From a virus: DNA of 64,000 nt. The DNA is taken from IMG/VR virus record IMGVR_UViG_3300047666_001259, positions 1 to 64,000 of that record. The stretch is one strand, 5' to 3'. Shown here one piece after another: positions 1-8,997 of this stretch. A program made the translations under genes and the position numbers. Within the stretch, counting starts at the first letter, position 1; each line of letters starts with the position of its first letter. Below the pieces are notes generated by a model. It was given only the letters and a program-made list of their open reading frames with translations, ran no database searches and was not told the DNA's origin.

Positions 1-1028
1 AAACATTTCTGAACACCTTTTTCAGTTAAACCTTTACGAAGAACACTTTCATTGATTGGTTGATCAAATGGTGCAGAAGATTTCATTTTTCTTTTCTGAG
101 TTCCCCCACCGAATGGGGCATCATAAGCAAAACCTCCAGCTGATCCAGCTCCACCCCCTGCTGATGTCATCTCATCAATTTCATCTGGAAATTTTTTATC
201 AGCTTGAGCTACACGAGGTCTTTTTTTAGTTGCGTGTGGATTTGCGTTTGGATTCGCATTTGGCTCTTCGTTTGGATACTGCTTTTCAGCTTGAGCTACA
301 CGAGGTCTTTTCTTTAATTCCTCTAATTCCTCTTCCTCTTGAATTTTCGATCTAATCAAAGCATCCTCTTTAGCTTGCTCTTCCTCATCAATTCCATCCG
401 ACTCGAACAAATTATCCATACTGCTTAAGAATGAATTAACATCTCCTATCACAATACTTTCTACAACTGATTGTGTTACGTCAGTTTCAACTCTATCATC
501 GACTCCGATTTTAGATTGGGTTAAATAAGCCGCTTCTTTCTTAGCTGCCTCGTCTAATATTTTCTTCATGTCTTTTTTGAATTTTTTCATGTCTGATAAG
601 CTCATATGTAAGTCTTCGTGTACGAAGAAACCTCCATCAAACTCTCTGTGACCTTGGAATACCGCTTTTTCAGTAGTTCGGTAAATCATGTGGATTATCT
701 CATTTTCAGCATCGATTTGAAAGCTTGACTCAACAAACATTCTCTTTCCACCGTAAGAAATCTGCTTCTCTAGGTAAGAGTTGGTTTTACTGCCAACTTT
801 AACATTACACTTCCCACCTTCTCCAAGACCTGCTCCGTAAACGTTTCCGTCACCATATTCTCCTGCGTGAGTTTCCGTGCATTCAATCCCTAAAGCTTTG
901 AAAGCCCTCATAGAGGCTTCTTCCATTGTTTCTTTAAGAAAAGTATAGACTTCCTGCTTCATTTTTTGATTCTTTTCAAAATCTTCATTACGAGGCACAA
1001 AACCTTTTGGATAAGTATTATTTTTCAT
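1..1028 (-). CDS. Hypothetical protein, probably head/virion-associated; 3' end runs off the window
   Basis: Not in the ORF track. ATG at 1028 (MKNNTYPKGF...); the distal part reads ...EIDEMTSAGGGAGSAGGFAYDAPFG... towards position 1. TATTTA motif at 1046-1051. Confidence 0.8.
   Translation of the reverse strand, partial: MKNNTYPKGFVPRNEDFEKNQKMKQEVYTFLKETMEEASMRAFKALGIECTETHAGEYGDGNVYGAGLGEGGKCNVKVGSKTNSYLEKQISYGGKRMFVESSFQIDAENEIIHMIYRTTEKAVFQGHREFDGGFFVHEDLHMSLSDMKKFKKDMKKILDEAAKKEAAYLTQSKIGVDDRVETDVTQSVVESIVIGDVNSFLSSMDNLFESDGIDEEEQAKEDALIRSKIQEEEELEELKKRPRVAQAEKQYPNEEPNANPNANPHATKKRPRVAQADKKFPDEIDEMTSAGGGAGSAGGFAYDAPFGGGTQKRKMKSSAPFDQPINESVLRKGLTEKGVQKC
199..311. repeat. 26-bp direct repeat inside the first CDS (KRPRVAQA twice)
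   Basis: tcagcttgagctacacgaggtctttt at 199-224 and 286-311. Confidence 0.9.
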
Positions 1029-1121
1029 CTGAATGCGTTTTAAACTAAATAGTTGAAAATTAGCATTTGTAACATTTTTATAGATTTTGCGTTATAAATA
1101 GAAATAGCAGCGAACATCATT

Positions 1122-1457
1122 ATGGCAACCTTACTAACGAAAGACCTTACAAGGGAATCGACTGAAGTGGTCGATGACAGAAATTTGATTGTTACCCTTA
1201 CAGAGGATCAAGAAATAGAAATGCGACTTAAAGGCGCACGATCTGATCCTAAAAGTATCGGTATACTTGAGCTTTATGAAAATTTATCTGGAGGAAGTCC
1301 TAAAGAGAGTCCTCAAGGTTCTTGTAAGTCTGACAACGGAAGATTGATGGTAAGTCTTTATGACCTTAGAAGTGCGAATGCGATTTCTACTCTGTCTTAT
1401 GAAGATAAAGTAAAGTTTGAGAAAATTATTGTTGATTTGATTAGTATTAACTTCTAA
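1122..1457 (+). CDS. Hypothetical protein
   Basis: 111-aa ORF with normal composition. Confidence 0.7.
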   Translation: MATLLTKDLTRESTEVVDDRNLIVTLTEDQEIEMRLKGARSDPKSIGILELYENLSGGSPKESPQGSCKSDNGRLMVSLYDLRSANAISTLSYEDKVKFEKIIVDLISINF

Positions 1458-1770
1458 TCATTCCTTTTTTGATCCAGACTTTCCAAGTTTCTTCAGATTC
1501 TCCTTGAATGCCCGGGTTATCTAGGTACATCGAATCCTTATACATATATCCTAGAAATCTCTTTGTTTCTTTGATTTCATATTTGACCTTATGATCATCA
1601 TAGTAGTAATCGAACTCTATATTTAAGTCTCGATTAATTTCATTAACAGGAACTTTATATGATTTTCTTCCATACACAGGTTTAGCATATAGCCAGAAAT
1701 TGTAGTTCCATGCTAGGTTTTTTAAATAAAATCTGATACGGGAGTGTTTCCAAATGTTTTTTAGTTCCAT
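1447..1770 (-). CDS. Hypothetical protein
   Basis: ORF-track ORF with start reassigned to MELKNIW (1770), which overlaps the upstream stop. Confidence 0.65.
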   Translation of the reverse strand: MELKNIWKHSRIRFYLKNLAWNYNFWLYAKPVYGRKSYKVPVNEINRDLNIEFDYYYDDHKVKYEIKETKRFLGYMYKDSMYLDNPGIQGESEETWKVWIKKGMIRS

Positions 1771-2003
1771 AGGGGAGTCACGTCTATTGATGACATAAGG
1801 AAATATATCAAAAATAAACCAAAAATCAAAAGAGCGGCAAACACAAACCAACTAATTACTGTGATTCTAATTCTTTCCATTGGAGAAGAACTTTCGTAGC
1901 TTGCTGCTTTTCTTGTTTCCTTCCAATCAATCAGTAGGAGTCTAAATACAAGAATATCAATTACTAGCAGGATCATCATGATCCCCTTGAGTACTATTAC
2001 CAT
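1761..2003 (-). CDS. Small two-TM membrane protein
   Basis: Two hydrophobic stretches; packed in an operon. Confidence 0.6.
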   Translation of the reverse strand: MVIVLKGIMMILLVIDILVFRLLLIDWKETRKAASYESSSPMERIRITVISWFVFAALLIFGLFLIYFLMSSIDVTPLWN

Positions 2004-2220
2004 CTTTGTTATCTTGTGAAAGTTGGGTGATAAAAAAAGAAACCTGATCTATCGAGATTTCTGTTATTGCCAACTTATCAATTTGTTCTTTTAACTTTTC
2101 TTCCGTGACAGGGAAAACACCATGATTGTTGATCATAGTGTTCACAACATTCATAGTGTTATCTTTATCTGTCAAGTACGAGAGGCGTAACCTCTCAAGT
2201 ATTTCAATCTTATTCTTCAT
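1957..2220 (-). CDS. Hypothetical protein
   Basis: Start reassigned to MKNKIEIL (2220), coupled to the upstream stop. Confidence 0.65.
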   Translation of the reverse strand: MKNKIEILERLRLSYLTDKDNTMNVVNTMINNHGVFPVTEEKLKEQIDKLAITEISIDQVSFFITQLSQDNKDGNSTQGDHDDPASN

Positions 2221-2806
2221 TTTCCATAAACTGATCAAATCCGTTTGCGTTAACGGCATTCTTTGCAGCTTTCTTTGCTTGCTTCATTAATTCTTCAACC
2301 TGAGTTGCAGCTTGGTGAACAAGGTCTGTACTGTTCATCACTTTTTCTGCTCCAAAGAATCTCATGTTATCCGTGAACTCTCTTGAATCATAGGTGTTCT
2401 TTCTATATTTAACAGTGCCATCTTCTTTCTCATCGATGTTGATCCCGCACATCAATTTGTCTAACTGGATTACTTTATTCACTGAATCTAAATCTTTCCA
2501 AACTGGCTGGTAAAGACAAATGATATAATCAAAACTATCATCAATTACCTTTTCCATTTCTGATCTAGCAATTACACTTCCGATTACATACCTACCACCT
2601 TCTTTCTTTGAAGAAGTTGTGTACAAGAACTTTAATCTCTCTGGATCAATGTTTTCGTTGTAAGGTGAATGTTCTGTAATGAAATTACAAATCTCCCGTA
2701 GCTCATCGTCTGCATCTGCAAACTCAATGCTAGCTTCCATGTCTGGGGTTATTGTCGTTCCTCCTAATTCCGCAATGATTGCGCTACTTCCAAATATTGT
2801 ACTCAT
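2210..2806 (-). CDS. Phage metallopeptidase-like protein (PF18894-like) lacking HExxH
   Basis: LKFLY..KKEGGRYVIG..FDYII.LYQPVW..LD...DSREF...RFFG matches the family layout; the HELxH position reads KLMCG. Confidence 0.55.
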   Translation of the reverse strand: MSTIFGSSAIIAELGGTTITPDMEASIEFADADDELREICNFITEHSPYNENIDPERLKFLYTTSSKKEGGRYVIGSVIARSEMEKVIDDSFDYIICLYQPVWKDLDSVNKVIQLDKLMCGINIDEKEDGTVKYRKNTYDSREFTDNMRFFGAEKVMNSTDLVHQAATQVEELMKQAKKAAKNAVNANGFDQFMENEE

Positions 2807-2834
2807 CTTCTCTAATTTTTTGAATGATTTTAGA

Positions 2835-2842
2835 CAAAGGTA
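2835..2842 (-). promoter_or_regulatory. Bacteroidota sigma70 -7 element (TACCTTTG)
   Basis: Matches TAnnTTTG, 28 nt upstream of ATG 2806. Confidence 0.6.
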
Positions 2843-2853
2843 CAAAAATTTGT

Positions 2854-3147
2854 TTAATCGGAGTAAATTATTTCACTATCACCCTTCCCGCACTTACATT
2901 CCGTACACTTACAGCTCTTGCTAATATTTGGTGGTGGTACAGGTAAAATTGGTTGTGGTGAGTGGTGAGGGGTATCATATAACATCCCTCTTAATGCGCT
3001 AGTTTGGGGTTTAAAAGTTTTTTCTCCCCAAACCGAAACTCCTTCGACATAAACTTTTTCTCTTAACAACACCACAGCTTCTGCTGCGGTGATTTTTCCA
3101 TCTTCGAGTAGCTTTTCTACTACGTCTGCTTTTGTGACTTCTTTCAT
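2854..3147 (-). CDS. Hypothetical protein with Cys-rich C-terminus
   Basis: 97 aa; LLEDGKITAAEAVVLL at the N-terminus, CKCTECKC at the C-terminus. Confidence 0.65.
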   Translation of the reverse strand: MKEVTKADVVEKLLEDGKITAAEAVVLLREKVYVEGVSVWGEKTFKPQTSALRGMLYDTPHHSPQPILPVPPPNISKSCKCTECKCGKGDSEIIYSD

Positions 3148-3193
3148 TTGCTTTGCTTTTAACTAATATACTCTAATTGACTTAAAAAATCAA

Positions 3194-3721
3194 TTAGGAA
3201 TTCTGCTCTCTATTTTTAACTTTACTCCAAGCTGAATGTGTTCTTTCTGAGCTGTTCATTGGATCGCCAAAAATTCCCATTCCTTTACCTTCTCCAGCGC
3301 CTCCAGACTTCTGAAGGTTTTGCTTTGTTCTGTTGTTGTTTTGGTTCAATCGATCTAATTCTGATTCAACCCACTTTCTACCCTCGTCACCTCCATGAAG
3401 ACCCCAAGTTTGAAGAAGACCAGATGTTTCCATTGTTTTTCCAGCTTGTTGCTCTTGTTGGACAGCGTTTGAATTACTTGCAAAGAATGATCTCAATCTT
3501 TTCATTTCATCAAAATTGAGTGTCTGCTTATTAGATAGGTCTTGAGCCTTTCTTTTACCACTACCTTCATTTCCTCCGTTAGTAGTCAAATCCTTCTGCT
3601 GAATAGCTCTTAAAGCATTCTGAGCAGTAGATGCAACTTGTGAATTGGGAGTGAATGTTTTGTTGTTGTTAAAATCGAATGCTTCAAATATCCTTGATCT
3701 TATTTTCTCTACTAAAGTCAT
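3194..3721 (-). CDS. Conserved phage head-associated domain protein
   Basis: GSGKRKAQDL...MKRLRSFF...WGLHGGDEGRKW resembles the G..RA.QL..KRM.SFF..W.LWGGD domain seen in phage head-gene clusters. Confidence 0.55.
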   Translation of the reverse strand: MTLVEKIRSRIFEAFDFNNNKTFTPNSQVASTAQNALRAIQQKDLTTNGGNEGSGKRKAQDLSNKQTLNFDEMKRLRSFFASNSNAVQQEQQAGKTMETSGLLQTWGLHGGDEGRKWVESELDRLNQNNNRTKQNLQKSGGAGEGKGMGIFGDPMNSSERTHSAWSKVKNREQNS

Positions 3722-3731
3722 TTTGGTTTCT

Positions 3732-4169
3732 TTATTTAATTAACCTTAACACTTCTTCCTTAATATCTATCGGGTTCTTTGCAGCGTGACCTAATCTTGA
3801 TAGATGCCAATTAATTTCGTCATAAAATCCCATATTATTAACAGGAGCGCCTGACTCTAGTGTTCTCATAAGAGATATCTTTACAGCTTCTTCTGGTCTT
3901 AATGTTGACCCAACAGAGTCTTCTGCTCCCGTGACAACATTACTTACCGTGTTTAGGGATTTCATTCCCGTATTTGTCCCACCTTGAGAGTAGAAATTTT
4001 CATTTACATCTTCAGCATTTAAGTTCTTTTTGATACGATCCATGTCTGCCCTAATTTCTTCTTCATTAAGGTGATCTGTTTCTGTTTTATAAACTTCCTG
4101 CTTACTGTTGAAAGACTTTACAAGGTCTTTCATTCTTTGACGTTCTTTATCTTGTTCTTGATTATCCAT
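3732..4169 (-). CDS. Hypothetical protein, putative virion/head
   Basis: 145-aa ORF in a late operon. Confidence 0.7.
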   Translation of the reverse strand: MDNQEQDKERQRMKDLVKSFNSKQEVYKTETDHLNEEEIRADMDRIKKNLNAEDVNENFYSQGGTNTGMKSLNTVSNVVTGAEDSVGSTLRPEEAVKISLMRTLESGAPVNNMGFYDEINWHLSRLGHAAKNPIDIKEEVLRLIK

Positions 4170-4186
4170 TTCTTTATATTATTTTT

Positions 4187-4672
4187 TTACCAAGAGACAG
4201 CACCCACTCCGAGGTCGCCCATGTACATCCTTGAAACTCTAGGAACTATTGCGTATACTTTATCTGTATCCCAAACACTAGTACCTGCTAGTGAGGCATT
4301 GTTAATTGGCATTGGATTATCATCCATTATTTGACCTGAATCGTCAATAATTTCATTCACTTCTTCTTCCGAATCTTCTTTATCATCTATTACTTCATTA
4401 GAGACTCTAATAAAATCTTTGATAAACGATGTATAAATATCTTCTTTATTGTCTTCTTTACATTTTCCAAACCAATTTTTAAATTGACTGTACTTTGTAA
4501 CAAGGCTCATCTTCTTTCCGAATGTCGTTGTAAAGTCTAATCTGATATAGTCTTCCTCAGAATCAAAAGCAACGTCAGCCACATCGGAAACGTTTGTTTC
4601 ATCGATATGTAATCTTTCGTCTGACTCTGCAAGAATACCTAAATAGTAGTCCTTGATAGAAATTTTTCCCAT
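4187..4672 (-). CDS. Hypothetical acidic protein, putative virion/head
   Basis: 161 aa; TATTTA at 4688-4693. Confidence 0.7.
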   Translation of the reverse strand: MGKISIKDYYLGILAESDERLHIDETNVSDVADVAFDSEEDYIRLDFTTTFGKKMSLVTKYSQFKNWFGKCKEDNKEDIYTSFIKDFIRVSNEVIDDKEDSEEEVNEIIDDSGQIMDDNPMPINNASLAGTSVWDTDKVYAIVPRVSRMYMGDLGVGAVSW

Positions 4673-4698
4673 GCTATCATTTTAATCTAAATAGCTAG

Positions 4699-5052
4699 TT
4701 ATTTGGATTTTTTGAGAATCTTCTCGATTATTTCAGATTTCACACTATATTTGAGAGCCAAATCATCTTCCATACGTATTTCACTCACTATTGTAGGGTG
4801 TTGCATAGCTCCTTCAGTCCTTACAGCTACTATTCTCGGTTCTCCTTGAATTCTCATATACTCTAATTTTAGAGGGACATCTTCAAACTCTATTTTAGCT
4901 TTTGAGTAAACCTCACCACTCTCGTCTTCTTGAAGAAATTTTTTGATCAAAATATTACCCTTTAAACTGTAGTGACACTTAAGGCGTTCTTCTTTAAACT
5001 CAAAGTAATCAACAAGAAAATTGTTCTTATCGTAAATGAAATAATTATTCAT
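4699..5052 (-). CDS. Hypothetical protein
   Basis: Start MNNYFIY (5052) overlaps the upstream stop. Confidence 0.65.
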   Translation of the reverse strand: MNNYFIYDKNNFLVDYFEFKEERLKCHYSLKGNILIKKFLQEDESGEVYSKAKIEFEDVPLKLEYMRIQGEPRIVAVRTEGAMQHPTIVSEIRMEDDLALKYSVKSEIIEKILKKSK

Positions 5053-7411
5053 CTTCAAAACCTTGCCAGTTATCAGACTTATCAACTGATTCGTTAACCG
5101 ATATATCTAAATTATCAGTTGTTCCGTCACCATTTAACTTTATATCGTTCAATGGCATGTAAGAGATATCGTTCTGGGTCATCCAGTCCATTACAAGCAC
5201 TCTCACACGATCTGAAGCTAGTTGGTTGTGGTAAGACTTCAGTTGATGGAATTCAAGCCCTGTATAGGCATTATAATTGAATCCAATAGTAAATCTACTC
5301 ATTTCCCCTTTCGGAATACGAGGAGACTCATCAACTAGCTTTGCAACTAGGTAATATCCAGAACTTACTTTGTTTCCGTAGTTACCTGCCGAGTGAGACA
5401 TTTCCTCACCCTCTGCAATAAAGTCTTGTACGTTATCTAAAATGATAACTCTGATATTTCCTGTATATTCTGGGTTCTCTTCAAGATACTTAAACTTGGT
5501 AGTAAACTTGGTGAACGGACTTTCTCCGCCATACTCTTGTTTAATGAAAGCGTATCTTGTAACCAAGTTATCATGATACTTCTTAAGTTTATCAAAATCC
5601 TTAATCTTATTGAAATACTTCTTACGATCATAATGCTTCGCTTGATCTGGTTTTTCAGCCAACATCTGATTGAACTCTTCAAGCATCAATAAAGCATCAT
5701 CATAAAAATTCCAATCAAAATCTCTAATCAATTCATAGTTTGTTTCGATCTCATCATCCGTCTTTGATAAGTCTGACCCCTCTTCTAATCTGTATCTCCC
5801 AAGAGTTTTTTGTCTTGCAAAAGATGTTGTTAAAGAAATCACTTGATCTAATTCTCTTAAATCCATTTTCTCACGGAAGTATATTCCTGTATTCTCATCA
5901 ATCAAATGCTTTAAGATGTCGATCTCATATTTATTCAAAATATTGATCACCTCATGCTTGTCATAGAATTTAAAATATTTCAGGAGACTTTTATAATCAG
6001 AGAAGTTTCTAAGCTTCTTGTATATCGATTTAGAAATAGAACCATCTTCAATAATTTCCATCACTGTGATACCTTCTCCTTTAGCAGTTTCTTTCTGCAT
6101 CCCTTTGTGAGCCATTTTAAGTCTAGTATTCTCGGAAGCTTTATCAATCTCTTTTTGATTTCTTACTTTCAAAACAATTTCTTTTTCTTCCGCACCCTCT
6201 TGAACTACCAACTCTTCAGTTGTTATTTTTTTCTCAACAAATTCCGTCTTTGGAATCTCATACTCGACTTCTTCACCAGTTTTCTCATCGATTCTGGTTT
6301 TCTTTTCCATTACTACACGCTTCTGAGTCTTGCCGTCCTCATCAGTATATGTTTCCATAACATTCTTCTCCACCTGAATAGTTTTAACTGTTTCTACGGT
6401 CTTCATCAAAGTTTTGGACTTGTAGACGAAATCGTGTACATCCCTATTATCTGCATCGATGTAATCATTCAGTTTATCTACATAAGTCTTTGTCAAGAAA
6501 TTGAAAATTCTTATTGGTTTAGTAATTTTCTCATCCTTCATGATTTGTTCATCTGGTAATTCACATTCCCTAATTAAATCAAACAAGAAGATAGGACTTT
6601 TTGTTAAGGCGATAGTTGAAAGATTTGAATATCTAAGAATAGAAAATAATATGATCATGATTTTAGAAATCTCATCGATCCCTGAAGTGTTCTTAATCTC
6701 TTGTAGAAGTCCACCGACAATATCAATATTACTTGTGTCACTAACAATGTCACATAAGTTATTAACAAACATATGTAAATGATGGAATCCAAAAATAATC
6801 TTGATCTCTGTTCTGAAGAAAGTTTCTATTGCCCCAGCCACGTCTTTCAGTTTTACTTCCCTAAATTTATCATCTTCAAATGATTTATAGAAAATTTGTT
6901 TGGTTTCTTTATCAACTCTTAATTGTCTATATGAAAGCTCAAACTCAATCTTCTCACCCATTGATCCTTGGGTAGTCAGTTCGGTTCCTTTTACATCTTC
7001 AATTAAAGAAACAACTTTAGGGTACACTTTCCAATAAAACAGATTAATCTCTTTATCATCTTGTTTAGTGTTAAATCCTGTAGCAAAATTTTCATCCGTA
7101 TAAAAAAGTCTTTTCTTATTTTCGGGAATCAAGTAGTTTGTGTTACATGATGGGCAGATAGCTCCATCGTTCATCGTTCTTCTTACGTCACCAAATATCC
7201 TTTCAAATTCTCCTAAGAAGTTATCATAATTACCGTTGGCGTATACAGTTTTATCATCATTGATTCCAGACACTTGTTCGCTAGATACATTATTTACGAA
7301 GTTGGTTCCACAATTGCAGAAAAATTTCTCTCCCGCTTCAGTGGATTCCGTGTAAGAAAACCTTTGAGTAAAGGTTTGTAGCTCTTGGATTTCTGATATA
7401 TTCAATTTCAT
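5045..7411 (-). CDS. PcfJ-like domain protein with N-terminal Zn ribbon
   Basis: C-terminal FIAEGEEMSHSAGNY...RFTIG...HQLKSYHNQ follows the PcfJ pattern EG..M.HCV..Y..TI..Q...N; N-terminal CNCG and CPSC. Confidence 0.65.
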   Translation of the reverse strand: MKLNISEIQELQTFTQRFSYTESTEAGEKFFCNCGTNFVNNVSSEQVSGINDDKTVYANGNYDNFLGEFERIFGDVRRTMNDGAICPSCNTNYLIPENKKRLFYTDENFATGFNTKQDDKEINLFYWKVYPKVVSLIEDVKGTELTTQGSMGEKIEFELSYRQLRVDKETKQIFYKSFEDDKFREVKLKDVAGAIETFFRTEIKIIFGFHHLHMFVNNLCDIVSDTSNIDIVGGLLQEIKNTSGIDEISKIMIILFSILRYSNLSTIALTKSPIFLFDLIRECELPDEQIMKDEKITKPIRIFNFLTKTYVDKLNDYIDADNRDVHDFVYKSKTLMKTVETVKTIQVEKNVMETYTDEDGKTQKRVVMEKKTRIDEKTGEEVEYEIPKTEFVEKKITTEELVVQEGAEEKEIVLKVRNQKEIDKASENTRLKMAHKGMQKETAKGEGITVMEIIEDGSISKSIYKKLRNFSDYKSLLKYFKFYDKHEVINILNKYEIDILKHLIDENTGIYFREKMDLRELDQVISLTTSFARQKTLGRYRLEEGSDLSKTDDEIETNYELIRDFDWNFYDDALLMLEEFNQMLAEKPDQAKHYDRKKYFNKIKDFDKLKKYHDNLVTRYAFIKQEYGGESPFTKFTTKFKYLEENPEYTGNIRVIILDNVQDFIAEGEEMSHSAGNYGNKVSSGYYLVAKLVDESPRIPKGEMSRFTIGFNYNAYTGLEFHQLKSYHNQLASDRVRVLVMDWMTQNDISYMPLNDIKLNGDGTTDNLDISVNESVDKSDNWQGFEDE

Positions 7412-7457
7412 CTTTAATAGTAGTTTTGTTGAATATAAAAACAAAAATCATAAAAAC

Positions 7458-7492
7458 AAAAAAAGCCTACTCGTTAAAGTAGGCTTTTTTTT
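7458..7492. terminator. Rho-independent terminator, bidirectional
   Basis: A7-GCCTAC-8 nt loop-GTAGGC-T8. Confidence 0.85.
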
Positions 7493-7510
7493 AATATTGT
7501 TGTGTAAGTC

Positions 7511-8176
7511 TTAAATCAAATCTTTGATCTTTCTTGCTTCGTTAATAGCGAAGTCAATTAGTTCTTTTTTGTTTAACTTACCTTCTGGCATTTGAATAGC
7601 ATCAGAAATTCTTGGCTCTGTCTCCTTTACTGAAGAATCAGGAGCTGACTCTTTAGCAACTGCTTTCTTCTGTCCAACAGTAGTAGCTTGGCTTCCTACT
7701 CCTTCCGATCCAGCTTCAACATAAGTTTTAGTACCTCCGTCTATCTCTCTGTCCATTGAGTTCATTTCAGCTTCACCATTCTCATCAAACGGAGCGCCTA
7801 AATCTGCTTTAGGTTGATCAGTTTTTGAAGTAGCATCTTTATCTTTCATACCAGCAGTAGCTGATTGGTCAGACTTAAGCTCTCCTCCAGCTTCTACCTT
7901 AACAGCAGCAGAGATGTCACCATCTGAACCTTGCTCTTTATCCATTGTGTTCATGGTCACTTTCGTAGCATCGCTAGTAGCAACGTTTGCTGACTTAGTT
8001 TCAGTAGCTGAAACTTTAGCAACTGGCTTAGCATCTGCTCCGCTAACCATTTTATTCATCTTGACTTCGGTAGGGTCTCCGTCAGACTTCATATCGGCTT
8101 CAATCAACTGCATAATTTTCTTATCAACGTATTCGTTTAATTGCTCGTTGGTTACCTTTATAGTTTTCTTTGACAT
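7511..8176 (-). CDS. Low-complexity repeat protein, putative prohead core/internal protein
   Basis: MNxM(D) three times and VEAG twice; N-terminal IKVTNEQL..LIEA; TATTTA at 8212-8217. Confidence 0.6.
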   Translation of the reverse strand: MSKKTIKVTNEQLNEYVDKKIMQLIEADMKSDGDPTEVKMNKMVSGADAKPVAKVSATETKSANVATSDATKVTMNTMDKEQGSDGDISAAVKVEAGGELKSDQSATAGMKDKDATSKTDQPKADLGAPFDENGEAEMNSMDREIDGGTKTYVEAGSEGVGSQATTVGQKKAVAKESAPDSSVKETEPRISDAIQMPEGKLNKKELIDFAINEARKIKDLI

Positions 8177-8296
8177 ATCTGTAATTTTTAAAAATATTCT
8201 TACCTTTGTAGTAAATAGGTCGAAAAAAGATTAAATTTGCAACATTGAAACTTTTTTCGTATTTTTACGTTCTAAAAGAAAAACTATTCATTTTTA

Positions 8297-8842
8297 ATGA
8301 AGAAAAAAAACGCCAGAGGTAGTAAAGAACCTCAACATCGTATCAATCAACAAATAAGATCAACAGAGGTACGAATTGTCAACGAAGGAGACACTTTTGA
8401 TAAAGGAGTTTACACACTTGATGAAGCTTTAGATATTGCTAATGATCTAAGTGTTGACCTAGTAGAGACAAATTCTAAAGCAATACCACCTGTCTGTCAA
8501 GTCGTAGAATATTCTAAATTTATCTATGAGCAAAAAAAGAAAGAGAGGGACTTAAAGGGTAAATCTCATAAAACCAAAATAAAAGAACTTCGATTCACTT
8601 CTAATACGGGAGATCACGATATTCAAGTCGCTGCTAATAAGGCAATAAAGTTTCTTGGAGATGGAGATAAAGTAAAAGCTAACCTTTTATTCAAAGGAAG
8701 AAACATTACCTTCAAAGAAAATGGAGAAAAAGTTCTTTTGAAATTTGCCCAACTTCTCGAAGACTACGGATATCCTGAGTCAATGCCTAAATTACAAGGG
8801 AAGAAAATGTTTATGACTATTAAACCTAAAGGACAAAAATGA
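8297..8842 (+). CDS. infC: Translation initiation factor IF-3
   Basis: RINQQIRSTEVR, DLVE...PPVC...YSKFIYEQKKK, KIKELRF, HDI, FL.DGDKVK..L.FKGR; full two-domain IF3. Confidence 0.95.
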   Translation: MKKKNARGSKEPQHRINQQIRSTEVRIVNEGDTFDKGVYTLDEALDIANDLSVDLVETNSKAIPPVCQVVEYSKFIYEQKKKERDLKGKSHKTKIKELRFTSNTGDHDIQVAANKAIKFLGDGDKVKANLLFKGRNITFKENGEKVLLKFAQLLEDYGYPESMPKLQGKKMFMTIKPKGQK

Positions 8843-8997
8843 GCGAAAATAATTCCCCAAAAAGCGAAACAGCTAAGTTTATAGGCTTAACTGTTTCTTG
8901 CATAGCAGTATGTACTGCTGCTTATTTTTTAGACGAACCAAAAGCTCTATGGGGCTTAGTTGGTGTTGGTTTAATTTTTAATTGGAACTCCAATTAA
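8839..8997 (+). CDS. Small membrane protein (52 aa)
   Basis: Not in the track; ATGA overlap with the infC stop; MSENNSPKSETAKFIGLTVSCIAVCTAAYFLDEPKALWGLVGVGLIFNWNSN. Confidence 0.65.
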   Translation: MSENNSPKSETAKFIGLTVSCIAVCTAAYFLDEPKALWGLVGVGLIFNWNSN

